Origin: Escherichia phage SM_A8
Sequence record: PP920553.1
DNA: 44,559 bases
Direction: 5' to 3' (one strand)
Shown here: positions 9,221 to 17,566 of the stretch, piece after piece
Layout: each line of letters begins with the position of its first letter
Numbering within the stretch: position 1 is the first letter of the stretch
Position numbers and translations under genes: made by a program
The notes under the pieces: model-generated
What the model saw: the letters and a program-made list of their open reading frames with translations, nothing else
Database searches by the model: none
Told to the model about the DNA's origin: nothing

Positions 9221-9814
9221 GTGGCTGAAGTCTACTCGTTCGCCGCCACTATTGCTACGTGGGTGGATAAGACGAAGGAGAACAACGACAAGGCGGTGCG
9301 GGCGTACGGTATGCAAATACTCGGACGCCTGATCGAGATCTCCCCAGTGGGCGACCCACGCCGGTGGAAAATTAACAGGGCTTACGCGCTTGCACGCGAA
9401 CACGCGAACAAGGTGAACGCCGCGCAGCGCCGCAAGAATGGCGGCAAACTGAAGCGCGGACAGAAGAAGCACGCCAGTGTGCTCATCTCATTCAAAACTA
9501 AAAACGGCAACGTCACGTTCCGCCAGCGTGGCTGGGCTGCGAAGAATTACACCGGCGGACGCTTCCGGGGAAACTGGCAGGTTACGTTCGACCGCCCGGC
9601 TGTCGGCGCTATTGACCGCGTGGACAAGGCAGGAACGGCAACATTAGCCGCAGGGCGTGAAGTGCTGGCGCATTACGATTCCGGTGAATACGGGTCTATC
9701 TGGTTTACTAACAATGTGCCGTATGCGCAGCGACTCGAGTATGGCTGGAGTAAACAAGCGCCAGCGGGGATTGTTCGCGTCGTAGCGGCAGAAATCAATT
9801 CGAAGGTGAAATAA
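9221..9814 (+). CDS. neck / tail completion protein (putative)
   Basis: GTG start with AAGGGG RBS; 197 aa; position before tail terminator-like gene. Confidence 0.45.
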   Translation: MAEVYSFAATIATWVDKTKENNDKAVRAYGMQILGRLIEISPVGDPRRWKINRAYALAREHANKVNAAQRRKNGGKLKRGQKKHASVLISFKTKNGNVTFRQRGWAAKNYTGGRFRGNWQVTFDRPAVGAIDRVDKAGTATLAAGREVLAHYDSGEYGSIWFTNNVPYAQRLEYGWSKQAPAGIVRVVAAEINSKVK

Positions 9815-10236
9815 TGAGCAATACTCTAATCCGCAAGGCGCTTAACAGCGTAGTAGAAGAGTTATCGGTAAGCCTGAGCACTAGCACGCGCCCGATTAGG
9901 GTTAACTGGGAGAACGTGAGCGGCGACCACGCAAACGGCATCGGTGTCTACCTGGAACCATATCTGCTTCCGGCCCCGACCCAGTTTGTGGGCTTACAGC
10001 AGAATGGTCGGATCTATGCTGGCGTATATCAGGTTGCCGTGGTGTTTCCCGCAGGAACTGGAACACAGTACGCGAGCGAACTGGCGGACGCCATCGCTAC
10101 GTCTGATAAGTGGCTGGCGGTGAAGATTTCCGGTGCGTCATTTCAGCTTCAGGACGCGCCATACACCAGTTCAGTGATTGAAGACGTTGATCGCGCCCGC
10201 ATCGTGGTTACAGTACCCTACACCTGTTGCGCCTGA
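9814..10236 (+). CDS. tail terminator protein (gpU-like, putative)
   Basis: 140 aa, start overlaps upstream stop, immediately upstream of major tail protein gene. Confidence 0.45.
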   Translation: MSNTLIRKALNSVVEELSVSLSTSTRPIRVNWENVSGDHANGIGVYLEPYLLPAPTQFVGLQQNGRIYAGVYQVAVVFPAGTGTQYASELADAIATSDKWLAVKISGASFQLQDAPYTSSVIEDVDRARIVVTVPYTCCA

Positions 10237-10297
10237 TTTGGCGCTATTCTGCGCGTGCTGTATCATTAAACCGTATATCTAAACAGGAGCGTTCATT

Positions 10298-11023
10298 ATG
10301 GGTTATCAACTTCCTAACGGGTCTAGCGTCCAGATTGGGTCCGTACTGGGCAACGGCATCGCTGTTACGGCAGCTACCAACGCCGCCGCGTCGATCTCCG
10401 ACCTTACGCAAGGTTGCGTAATTACCTGCGCGGAGTCTCACGGTCTGGCTGTTGGCGACGTTGTTATGTTCACTAAAACCCCGTGGGTCCGTGCGCTGAA
10501 CCGCGCGTTCATCGTTGGTAAAGTATCGGGGAACGACGTTACACTGGCGCGCTTCGATACTCAAGACGCCACCAAATACCCGACCGGTGCTTTCGGCGTA
10601 GGCACACCAGGCGAGGTGGTGAAGGTGTCGAGCTTTATCGACTTCCCGTTTATCACTAACGTCGCCGTGTCTGGTGGCGACCAGCAGACTACTACCTTCC
10701 AGCCGTTGCAGGTGAATACCGCGATTAGTCTGAATACCACGAAAAACCCGTTGGTCCAGACTTACACCTTCACCCATGACGAAGAAGACCCGATCCGCCC
10801 GATTCTGGAAGACCTGGACGACACACAGAAAACCACTGTGATTAAGTTCACTAACCCGGCAGCGGCAAGCGGCAAAGGTGAGATCCGCATTTACCCGGCT
10901 AAGGTGTCTTTCCGGAAGATTCCATCGGCTGAAGTAAACAACGTGGAGACGGTGGAGTCCACTCTGACCATGCAATCCGATATGGTTATTTACCGTAAGG
11001 ACCTGGTTGAAGCGCTGTCGTAA
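10298..11023 (+). CDS. major tail protein
   Basis: 241 aa, strong RBS CAGGAG; followed by terminator and G/GT chaperone pair as in lambda V-G-T-H order. Confidence 0.6.
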   Translation: MGYQLPNGSSVQIGSVLGNGIAVTAATNAAASISDLTQGCVITCAESHGLAVGDVVMFTKTPWVRALNRAFIVGKVSGNDVTLARFDTQDATKYPTGAFGVGTPGEVVKVSSFIDFPFITNVAVSGGDQQTTTFQPLQVNTAISLNTTKNPLVQTYTFTHDEEDPIRPILEDLDDTQKTTVIKFTNPAAASGKGEIRIYPAKVSFRKIPSAEVNNVETVESTLTMQSDMVIYRKDLVEALS

Positions 11024-11053
11024 TTTGGTCGCTTAAATAGCGGGTGTTAATAT

Positions 11054-11076
11054 GGGGCCAGTACGGCCCCTTTTTT
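11054..11076 (+). terminator. rho-independent terminator after major tail gene
   Basis: GGGGCC-agtac-GGCCCC followed by T6. Confidence 0.6.
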
Positions 11077-11092
11077 ATTGGAGAATACTACA

Positions 11093-11455
11093 ATGGCAAA
11101 AGCACCACTCTTCACACTTGACCCTAAGCCGACCTTTAAGCTGCCGATTGAGATCCCGCGCCCCGGTGAAAACGAACCGGGAAAAATGACGTTTACCGTG
11201 CGCCACCGCCCGATCGACGAATTTTCGCAGACCATGCAGGATACTGAGCGCAAGTTGTCGGAATATGACGACAATGATCCTGACGGCTTTAACGTTATGG
11301 TCGAGGCCATCATGCACGTCGCAGAAGGCTGGAATCTGTCGGACGAATTTAACGCGGAGAACGTCCGCCGCCTGGTGGTCAACTATCCGCGCGCGTTCGG
11401 CGTGTTCCACACGTCGTACTATCTCGAACTGATGGGGTTGCGTGAAAAAAACTAA
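11093..11455 (+). CDS. tail assembly chaperone (lambda G-like)
   Basis: ATG 11093 with GGAGA RBS; acidic ~120-aa protein directly upstream of tape measure region; ends in slippery heptamer. Confidence 0.65.
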   Translation: MAKAPLFTLDPKPTFKLPIEIPRPGENEPGKMTFTVRHRPIDEFSQTMQDTERKLSEYDDNDPDGFNVMVEAIMHVAEGWNLSDEFNAENVRRLVVNYPRAFGVFHTSYYLELMGLREKN

Positions 11456-11769
11456 TTGAGGCGGCGCGACGCTTTTATGGCCCGCCGCCACCCTCCGAAG
11501 ATTTAGCCGCAAGTTTATGGGGTGCGGCCCCCGAAGATGTTTGTCCGCCTGTTGCGCTATGGCCCGACAACGCGAAAGTGGTCGCAGTCTTCACAGATTG
11601 CTCCACGCAATGGCGCACCGGTTTTGGTGGCGCATACGGCATCGACTACGGCGTGCTGGAGTGGTTATTTAAGATGCACGGTATCGAAAACGAGCAGCGC
11701 GCGTTTAAAGATATCAAGCTAATGGAGCGAATCGCGCTTGATGAGATGGCGCAGCAGAACCCCGCATAA
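11093..11769 (+). CDS. tail assembly chaperone frameshift fusion (G-T-like), made by -1 ribosomal frameshift
   Basis: -1 frame is open from 11446 to stop at 11769 and overlaps the G stop; the shift site is A_AAA_AAC at 11446-11452. Confidence 0.55.
11446..11452 (+). promoter_or_regulatory. programmed -1 frameshift slippery heptamer A_AAA_AAC
   Basis: zero-frame codons GAA AAA AAC TAA; the -1 frame has TGA at 11443-11445 and is open from 11446. Confidence 0.6.
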
Positions 11770-11771
11770 TG

Positions 11772-12090
11772 AAGCGGGACAGGCGGGACGTCCCGTTTTG
11801 TCCCGCCTCTGTAAAACTGCATATCTACTCACTTCCACTGCATAAACTCAAAACGGGACAAGCGGGACGTCCCGTTTTGTCACGCCCTGTAAATATGCAT
11901 ACCTATGCAGATTTCGTGCATAAACCAAACGGGACAAAAAGCGGGACAAACAAGGGGCGGGACAAAGCGGGACAGCACCCCAGTCCCGCCAGTGCTGCCG
12001 CGGGGTTTAGCCGATCGGGACAGGCGGGACAAAGCCCAGTCTTTCAGACTAGACGGGGGTCAATGGCCCCCCTCGTCTGAGACTGAATAA
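11772..12090. repeat. GCGGGACA repeat array region, including 173-bp element copy A (11918-12090)
   Basis: at least 10 direct CGGGACA/CGGGACG copies plus inverted GTCCCGCC copies; two ~80-bp tandem units (11772-11917) then a 173-bp element ending in a GC-rich hairpin; colinear copy at 39640-39812. Confidence 0.7.
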
Positions 12091-12153
12091 GGTTTGTTTT
12101 GAAATCGCTGATACAATATCCATCGGCAACTGCATAAAAAAGGGGACTGCATA

Positions 12154-14796
12154 ATGGCAGATCAGGCAGCAGGCATCACGCTAAAGGCTGATGTTGCACA
12201 AATCAGAACGGCAAATACTGTGCTGGACACATTTGCGCAGAAATCAGAGAACACAGAACAGAAAGTAAAGAAATTAAACGACACACTAGGCAAGTCGAAA
12301 AAGGTTACTGGCGACGCCGCGGGTGGAATGGAAAAGTTAGCGACTGAATCGCAGCGCGCCGCCGACGGCATGACGAAACAGGAGCGACTCGCCAGCCGAT
12401 TAGGCATGTCGACCAAAAACCTGGGATTTGCTTCACGGAACGCTGCATTCCAGTTACAGGATATTGCAGTAACGCTTGAGATGGGTATGCCGGTGCACCG
12501 CGTTATGCTTCAGCAGTTACCTCAGCTTACTGGGGCGTTTGGCGGACTGGGTAACACGCTGCGATATGTTGCTGGCTTCCTCGGTCCAGTTGGGATCGGC
12601 CTTGCTGCGGTAACGGCAACGTTAGGCGTGGGCGTAGCAATTACGTCCCGCGCAGAGAACCAGGTCGCAGCGCTTAACAAGACGCTGGCGCTGTCAGGTA
12701 ACATTTCCGGCCTCACCGCTAACCAGATCCTTGTGCTGTCGGAGAACGCCGAGCGTATGGGCGGGTCATTCAGTAAGACGCGTGACACAATCCAGGCGCT
12801 GGCAGCAGCGGGTGTGAAAGCGGGCGCTGACTTCGGCGCGCTGGCGAAAGTGGTGAATGACTTTGCGAAGGCGTCTAATCAGCCGATCTCTGACGTGGTT
12901 GAATCCATCTCAAAATTGTCGAACGACCCGGTCGGGGGACTGCGTGCGCTGGCGGATAAGTATCATGTTGTAACCGAAGCGCAGATCCAGCAGGTGCAAT
13001 CGCTTGTAGATATGGGGCGTGAAACGGACGCGGTTGCTCTGGCTAACAAAACCGCAGCTGCGTCGTTCTCCAGCATGACCAGTGAGATCAAGTCCAACAT
13101 GGGTACGCTCGAGCGGTCGATGAACGTCGTCACATCGGCAGCCAAATCCATGTGGGACGCCATCCTGGATGTAGGACGCGCGCAGTCATCGAATGAGTCC
13201 GAGATGAAAGCGCGTGAGTCCTTGCAGCGCATGACCACGGCTTACTATGCCGAGATGAGAGCGGTAAACGCTGCCGGTGGGGTGATGACCGAAGCGCAGA
13301 AAGCGCGTATTAACATGCTTTACAGCGAACTGGTCGCCCAGGAAAAGGTAGTGGCGTCGCTCACCCTGCGCAACCGTGCCGAGCGAGACAGCGCCCGCGC
13401 CGCGGATGAAGCCGCAAAGGCGAACGAGGAGGCAAACCGCACCGCCCGCGACCGCGCCGCGTTTGAGAAGGAGTACGCAACCAACGCGAAGCGGCGAGCC
13501 GACGAGATAGCCCGCCTCAATTTGCTGAAGAAGCGCGGTGTTATTAACGAGAAAGAACTAGCCGAGGCGGTGAAGCAGGTCAACGAGCGCTACAAAGACC
13601 CCGCACCAAAAAAGGCGGCGGCAGTTCGAGTAGATGCCGGGCTGAAAATGCTGGAGGTCGCGCGAAGCGAACTGGCACAGCTGCGAGAATCAGGCAAGCA
13701 GATCGAAGCCAACGCGTCGACGCAGACCCGATCGCAACGCGCTCAATCAGCACTTAACAAGCTGATCGCAGATCATGAACAGTTAATCGCAGCAAGCAAA
13801 GAAAGAGCGCTAACGGCAGCGGAAAAGCAGCAAATTGCGGGTTTCGAGGAGGTTAAATCGGTACGCGAGCAGATCGTCGAAGAAGCCAAATTGCTGGACG
13901 CGAAAGAGAAGCAGATCAAGGCACATGCCCAGGTCGAGACATTCATCAAGAACCAGAACGCCGAGCTAAAAGCCACCGCGGCGGGCTATGCGCTTTCCAC
14001 TCGCGAAGCGGCTAACCTGCGCGAAGAATTGCAGCTAATTGACCGCCTTCAGCGTGTCGGTGCTAACGATACCGATATCGACAAGGCGGTGTCTAAGCTG
14101 CGCGAAGTGCAGGAAGCACAGACCGGTGCTAACGCCTCGCTATGGGATGGCTTCAGCCGCGGGCTTAAGGATAGCGTTGATGAAATGGGTAACGGCTATA
14201 CGCAGATGACGTCACTCACAAAATTCACGTTCGGCGCTATGCAGGACACGATGAACGAGTTTTTCGAGACTGGCAAGCTGAACGCAAAAGATATGGTTAA
14301 GTCCATTCTGAGCGAATTAATAAAGCTGGCTACCTCGCAGGCGTTCAAGTCCATCGTTAGCGCTTTCGGTGGCGACGGCGGCAAAAACGGATTGTTCGGC
14401 GCTATCTTTTCCGGCCTCACTAAGAATGCGGACGGCGGAGCGTACGCAGGGGGCAATCTTGCGGCCTATTCGGGGCAAGTGGTAAGCCAGCCCACCTTTT
14501 TCAGTTATGGCGTCCAGGCGTTCGCTAAGGGCGCAGGATTGATGGGCGAGGCTGGTCCCGAGGCCATCATGCCGCTGAAGCGCGGGCCGGACGGGAAACT
14601 GGGCGTTGCCGCGTCTGGCGCAGGCGGTGGTATGGTCGTGACGACTAACGTTTACACGGGGACCGGTAAAACGGATACCAGTGTCAGCGGGCCGGATCCC
14701 CGTACCGCGCAGGCGTTCGGCAAGCAAATCACCGAGGCGGTGAAGGCCGAGATCGTGAAGGCGACGAAACCGGGTGGTGTACTTTACAAACGATGA
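12154..14796 (+). CDS. tail tape measure protein
   Basis: 880 aa, long A/E/K/Q-rich helical regions, Gly-rich C-terminal part; sits between chaperone and tip genes. Confidence 0.85.
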   Translation: MADQAAGITLKADVAQIRTANTVLDTFAQKSENTEQKVKKLNDTLGKSKKVTGDAAGGMEKLATESQRAADGMTKQERLASRLGMSTKNLGFASRNAAFQLQDIAVTLEMGMPVHRVMLQQLPQLTGAFGGLGNTLRYVAGFLGPVGIGLAAVTATLGVGVAITSRAENQVAALNKTLALSGNISGLTANQILVLSENAERMGGSFSKTRDTIQALAAAGVKAGADFGALAKVVNDFAKASNQPISDVVESISKLSNDPVGGLRALADKYHVVTEAQIQQVQSLVDMGRETDAVALANKTAAASFSSMTSEIKSNMGTLERSMNVVTSAAKSMWDAILDVGRAQSSNESEMKARESLQRMTTAYYAEMRAVNAAGGVMTEAQKARINMLYSELVAQEKVVASLTLRNRAERDSARAADEAAKANEEANRTARDRAAFEKEYATNAKRRADEIARLNLLKKRGVINEKELAEAVKQVNERYKDPAPKKAAAVRVDAGLKMLEVARSELAQLRESGKQIEANASTQTRSQRAQSALNKLIADHEQLIAASKERALTAAEKQQIAGFEEVKSVREQIVEEAKLLDAKEKQIKAHAQVETFIKNQNAELKATAAGYALSTREAANLREELQLIDRLQRVGANDTDIDKAVSKLREVQEAQTGANASLWDGFSRGLKDSVDEMGNGYTQMTSLTKFTFGAMQDTMNEFFETGKLNAKDMVKSILSELIKLATSQAFKSIVSAFGGDGGKNGLFGAIFSGLTKNADGGAYAGGNLAAYSGQVVSQPTFFSYGVQAFAKGAGLMGEAGPEAIMPLKRGPDGKLGVAASGAGGGMVVTTNVYTGTGKTDTSVSGPDPRTAQAFGKQITEAVKAEIVKATKPGGVLYKR

Positions 14797-14803
14797 TAAA
14801 ATG

Positions 14804-14830
14804 GCCCTCACTACAACGTGGGGGCTTTTT
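14804..14830 (+). terminator. hairpin plus T5 abutting the next start codon (attenuator-type terminator candidate)
   Basis: GCCCTCAC-tacaac-GTGGGGGC (one GU pair) followed by TTTTT and then ATG 14831. Confidence 0.4.
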
Positions 14831-15430
14831 ATGTCACAAGGTACAATCACACTAACGAAAGGAAGTAAGACCGTCACGGGCGCGGGAACTGCATTCCTTA
14901 GCGAGATCGGGAAGGTACTCGTGTTCGCCCGCATCGACGGCAACGACTACACCGGCAAAATTGCGGCATTCAACTCGAACACGGTCATTACTCTGAAAGA
15001 TAACTGGGCTGGGCCAACGAAATCCGGTGCGACATATGAGCTAATCGAAGCACACGACCCGCGATCAAACGAATGGCCCTATTACTGGCACATGCAATTG
15101 CAGGGCGGTGGCGACGTGCAGTTAGCTTTCCGGTCGGAGGAATTGCAATTCGGTAATGGCTACGGACAGAACATCGCGGACGGCCCGAACGCCGAAACGA
15201 AACAGTTCCCCGTGCAATTCGTCGGGCTGACTACGGACAAGTGGTGCAACCCTAAACTGGTTTACAACTTCCTTCGCGGGCACTTCGTCAAGCCGTTTGT
15301 CGTCACCGCGCCGGATGGCGAAACAGGTTTATTCGTGGTCGAGCGTTCGAGCTTGTCGTACACGGACAACGGACACCTCACGGCAACCGTATCCGCCACC
15401 CTTAAGACTGCTATTGGATTCGTAAGATGA
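14831..15430 (+). CDS. minor tail protein (gpM position)
   Basis: ATG 14831; N-terminal motif GT-I-T-L-T-K-G-SKTVTG-A-GT-A-F shared with tail fiber N-terminus at 22317. Confidence 0.55.
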   Translation: MSQGTITLTKGSKTVTGAGTAFLSEIGKVLVFARIDGNDYTGKIAAFNSNTVITLKDNWAGPTKSGATYELIEAHDPRSNEWPYYWHMQLQGGGDVQLAFRSEELQFGNGYGQNIADGPNAETKQFPVQFVGLTTDKWCNPKLVYNFLRGHFVKPFVVTAPDGETGLFVVERSSLSYTDNGHLTATVSATLKTAIGFVR

Positions 15431-16215
15431 ATAAACTTTATCGCGAGGCGACGCGCTTTGACCCATCGGGTCGCGTTCGCCTGATTCACATTGACGCGCA
15501 GGACGTGGAACCAGGCGACGGTGCGATCGGCGCGGGCCATCACTATTTCCACTACTGCTTTATTCCGCACACTGCCGAGGATATTGCTGCCGCCGGTGGT
15601 GACGAGGATAAGCTAAAACCTAAATCAATCTTCTTCGGCGGGCAGGAGTTCGAATTTTGGCCCTTCGATTTGTCCGGCCTTAACTTCTCCACATCGACGG
15701 CGGCAGAACCGCAACTAACAATTGTCGATATTGGCGGCATAATAACCCGGCTGTCGCTGAACCACGACCAGCTACTTGGCGCGAAGGTTGAGATCATTGA
15801 TACGTTCGCGAAGTTCCTGGATAACGGGACAGATCCAGACCCGACGCAGAAACGAATTCAGGAGTATTACATCGACTCCCAGGTGGGCCGAAATCCGGGC
15901 AAGCAAATTACCTTCGCACTATCCTCGCCTGCGGATATGGAAGGGCAGGTCGTTCCCCGTCGCCAAATCATGAATATGTGCGAGTGGGCGCTCAACGGGA
16001 AGTACGCCAGCGGGGACGGGTGCACCTGGAACCTTGCGAAGCCTGGTATAAAGTATTATGACGAGCGAGGTAATGAAGTCATCGCGATGAACATGGACCG
16101 ATGCGGCGGCTGTTTGTCAGACTGTTATCTTCGATTTGGGCAAGGGCTTGCGGACCCTAAAGCGGCGGTGCTGGACTTCGGCGGCTTTCCGGGGTCCAGA
16201 TTAATTAAGGGGTAG
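15427..16215 (+). CDS. minor tail protein L-like (tail tip, Fe-S type)
   Basis: 262 aa; start overlaps upstream stop (ATGA); C-terminal cysteine cluster CEW...GDGC...DRCGGCLSDC. Confidence 0.6.
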   Translation: MNKLYREATRFDPSGRVRLIHIDAQDVEPGDGAIGAGHHYFHYCFIPHTAEDIAAAGGDEDKLKPKSIFFGGQEFEFWPFDLSGLNFSTSTAAEPQLTIVDIGGIITRLSLNHDQLLGAKVEIIDTFAKFLDNGTDPDPTQKRIQEYYIDSQVGRNPGKQITFALSSPADMEGQVVPRRQIMNMCEWALNGKYASGDGCTWNLAKPGIKYYDERGNEVIAMNMDRCGGCLSDCYLRFGQGLADPKAAVLDFGGFPGSRLIKG

Positions 16216-16217
16216 TT

Positions 16218-16958
16218 ATGTTAACGAAAAAGGTTAAAAGCGATATAGCCGCACACGTCGCGGCGTGTCTGCCGGAAGAAGCCTGTGGCCTGGTTGTCAT
16301 GGTGGGTCGTAAGCAAGTGTTCGTCCCATGTCTGAACGTATTCGAAGACCCGACCGGCGTGCGCTCCCGCAAAGACGCTTTTACGATTAGTGATATGGCC
16401 TGGATGGATGCCGAGGATATGGGCGACGTCGTGCGCGTAGTCCACTCACACCCGGGTCAGCGCGAGTTAACCCCCTCACTGGGCGACGTTAACGGATGCA
16501 ACGGCAGCGGCGTAGTGTGGACCATCACTAACGAATATGGCGACTTTATTGAGATTGACCCGGAAGACCCGCCGCTGGTAGGCCGCCGATTTGTTCTCGG
16601 GGTTACTGACTGTTACGGCCTCGTCATGGCATGGCACAAAAAGCAGGGCGTAAACCTGCCAGACTTCCGCGTGCCGTATAACTGGTGGGAGACAGGTGAA
16701 AATCTGTATATGGATAACTGGTACGGCGCGGGCTTCAGGGAATGCGAGGAGAATACGCCGGGGGCGATGGTTATCATGCAGATCAGCGCGCCAGTGCCTA
16801 ACCATGCTGGGATATTCCTTCCGGGCAACCAACTACTACACCATATCTACGGCAGCCTGTCGAGCGTGATACCCTTCCGATCAGGATTTTTCCGGGACAA
16901 TGTGGTTAAATGGGTACGTCATAAAGACCTACCAGGGAATATAACAGAATGGCAATGA
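16218..16958 (+). CDS. tail assembly protein K-like (MPN/JAB + NlpC/P60 domains)
   Basis: HSHPG...SLGD JAB-type metal site and C...H NlpC/P60-like motif (VTDCYGLVMAWH). Confidence 0.7.
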   Translation: MLTKKVKSDIAAHVAACLPEEACGLVVMVGRKQVFVPCLNVFEDPTGVRSRKDAFTISDMAWMDAEDMGDVVRVVHSHPGQRELTPSLGDVNGCNGSGVVWTITNEYGDFIEIDPEDPPLVGRRFVLGVTDCYGLVMAWHKKQGVNLPDFRVPYNWWETGENLYMDNWYGAGFRECEENTPGAMVIMQISAPVPNHAGIFLPGNQLLHHIYGSLSSVIPFRSGFFRDNVVKWVRHKDLPGNITEWQ

Positions 16959-17566
16959 CCACATTTAAATTATACGGCGTTTTAGGACGTCGATTCGGTA
17001 AAGTGCATAAGCTGGACTGCTTCACTCCTGGCGAGGGTATCACCGGCCTGTGCGTGAAGTTACCCGGCTTACAGGACTTTCTAATGTCGGCCCACCTGGA
17101 CAATATGATGTTCAAGGTGCGCAAAGGCGACCACACGATGACCGGCTATGATGAGCTGGGCGAGTTCCACGGCAACCGCGTAGTTACCATCGCGCCGGTT
17201 ATGACGGGCGCAAAAAGAGGGTTGGGACAATTGCTGGCGGGTGTCGCGATCGTAGTGGCGTCGTTCTATACGGGCGGACTTGCTACTGCCGCTTTCGGGG
17301 CTTCGGCTGCAACCGCTGCCGCTATCGGGACGGCGACGTTTTCGTTCGGGATGTCGATGGCGCTGGGTGGCGTTATGCAATTGCTGTCGCCACAACCGAA
17401 AGGATTGCAGACAAGGCAGGACGTGGATAACAAAGCGTCGTACGCGTTCGGCGGGCCAGTGAATACAACAGCGCAAGGCACGGCGCTTGGTGTATTATGG
17501 GGCGAGCGTGAGATCGGCGGCGCTATTATTTCAGCCGGAATAGTAACCGAGGACTTGAACGAATGA
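16949..17566 (+). CDS. tail assembly protein I-like
   Basis: 205 aa, Gly/Ala-rich hydrophobic C-terminal half; between K-like and J-like genes. Confidence 0.55.
   Translation: MAMTTFKLYGVLGRRFGKVHKLDCFTPGEGITGLCVKLPGLQDFLMSAHLDNMMFKVRKGDHTMTGYDELGEFHGNRVVTIAPVMTGAKRGLGQLLAGVAIVVASFYTGGLATAAFGASAATAAAIGTATFSFGMSMALGGVMQLLSPQPKGLQTRQDVDNKASYAFGGPVNTTAQGTALGVLWGEREIGGAIISAGIVTEDLNE

Noticed and set aside
11769-12080. 103-aa ORF across the GCGGGACA array, and its counterpart 39596-39802 (68 aa)
   Set aside because: Low-complexity translation of the repeat units (SGTKSGTNKGRDKAGQ), no RBS or credible start, ends inside the hairpin. Treated as non-coding, although both copies keep the same frame and length, so a micro-protein is not fully excluded.
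11918-12090. Diversity-generating retroelement template/variable repeat pair (with 39640-39812)
   Set aside because: No reverse transcriptase gene in the window; differences between copies are clustered in a central block and are not adenine-specific; neither copy lies in the 3-prime end of a receptor-binding gene.
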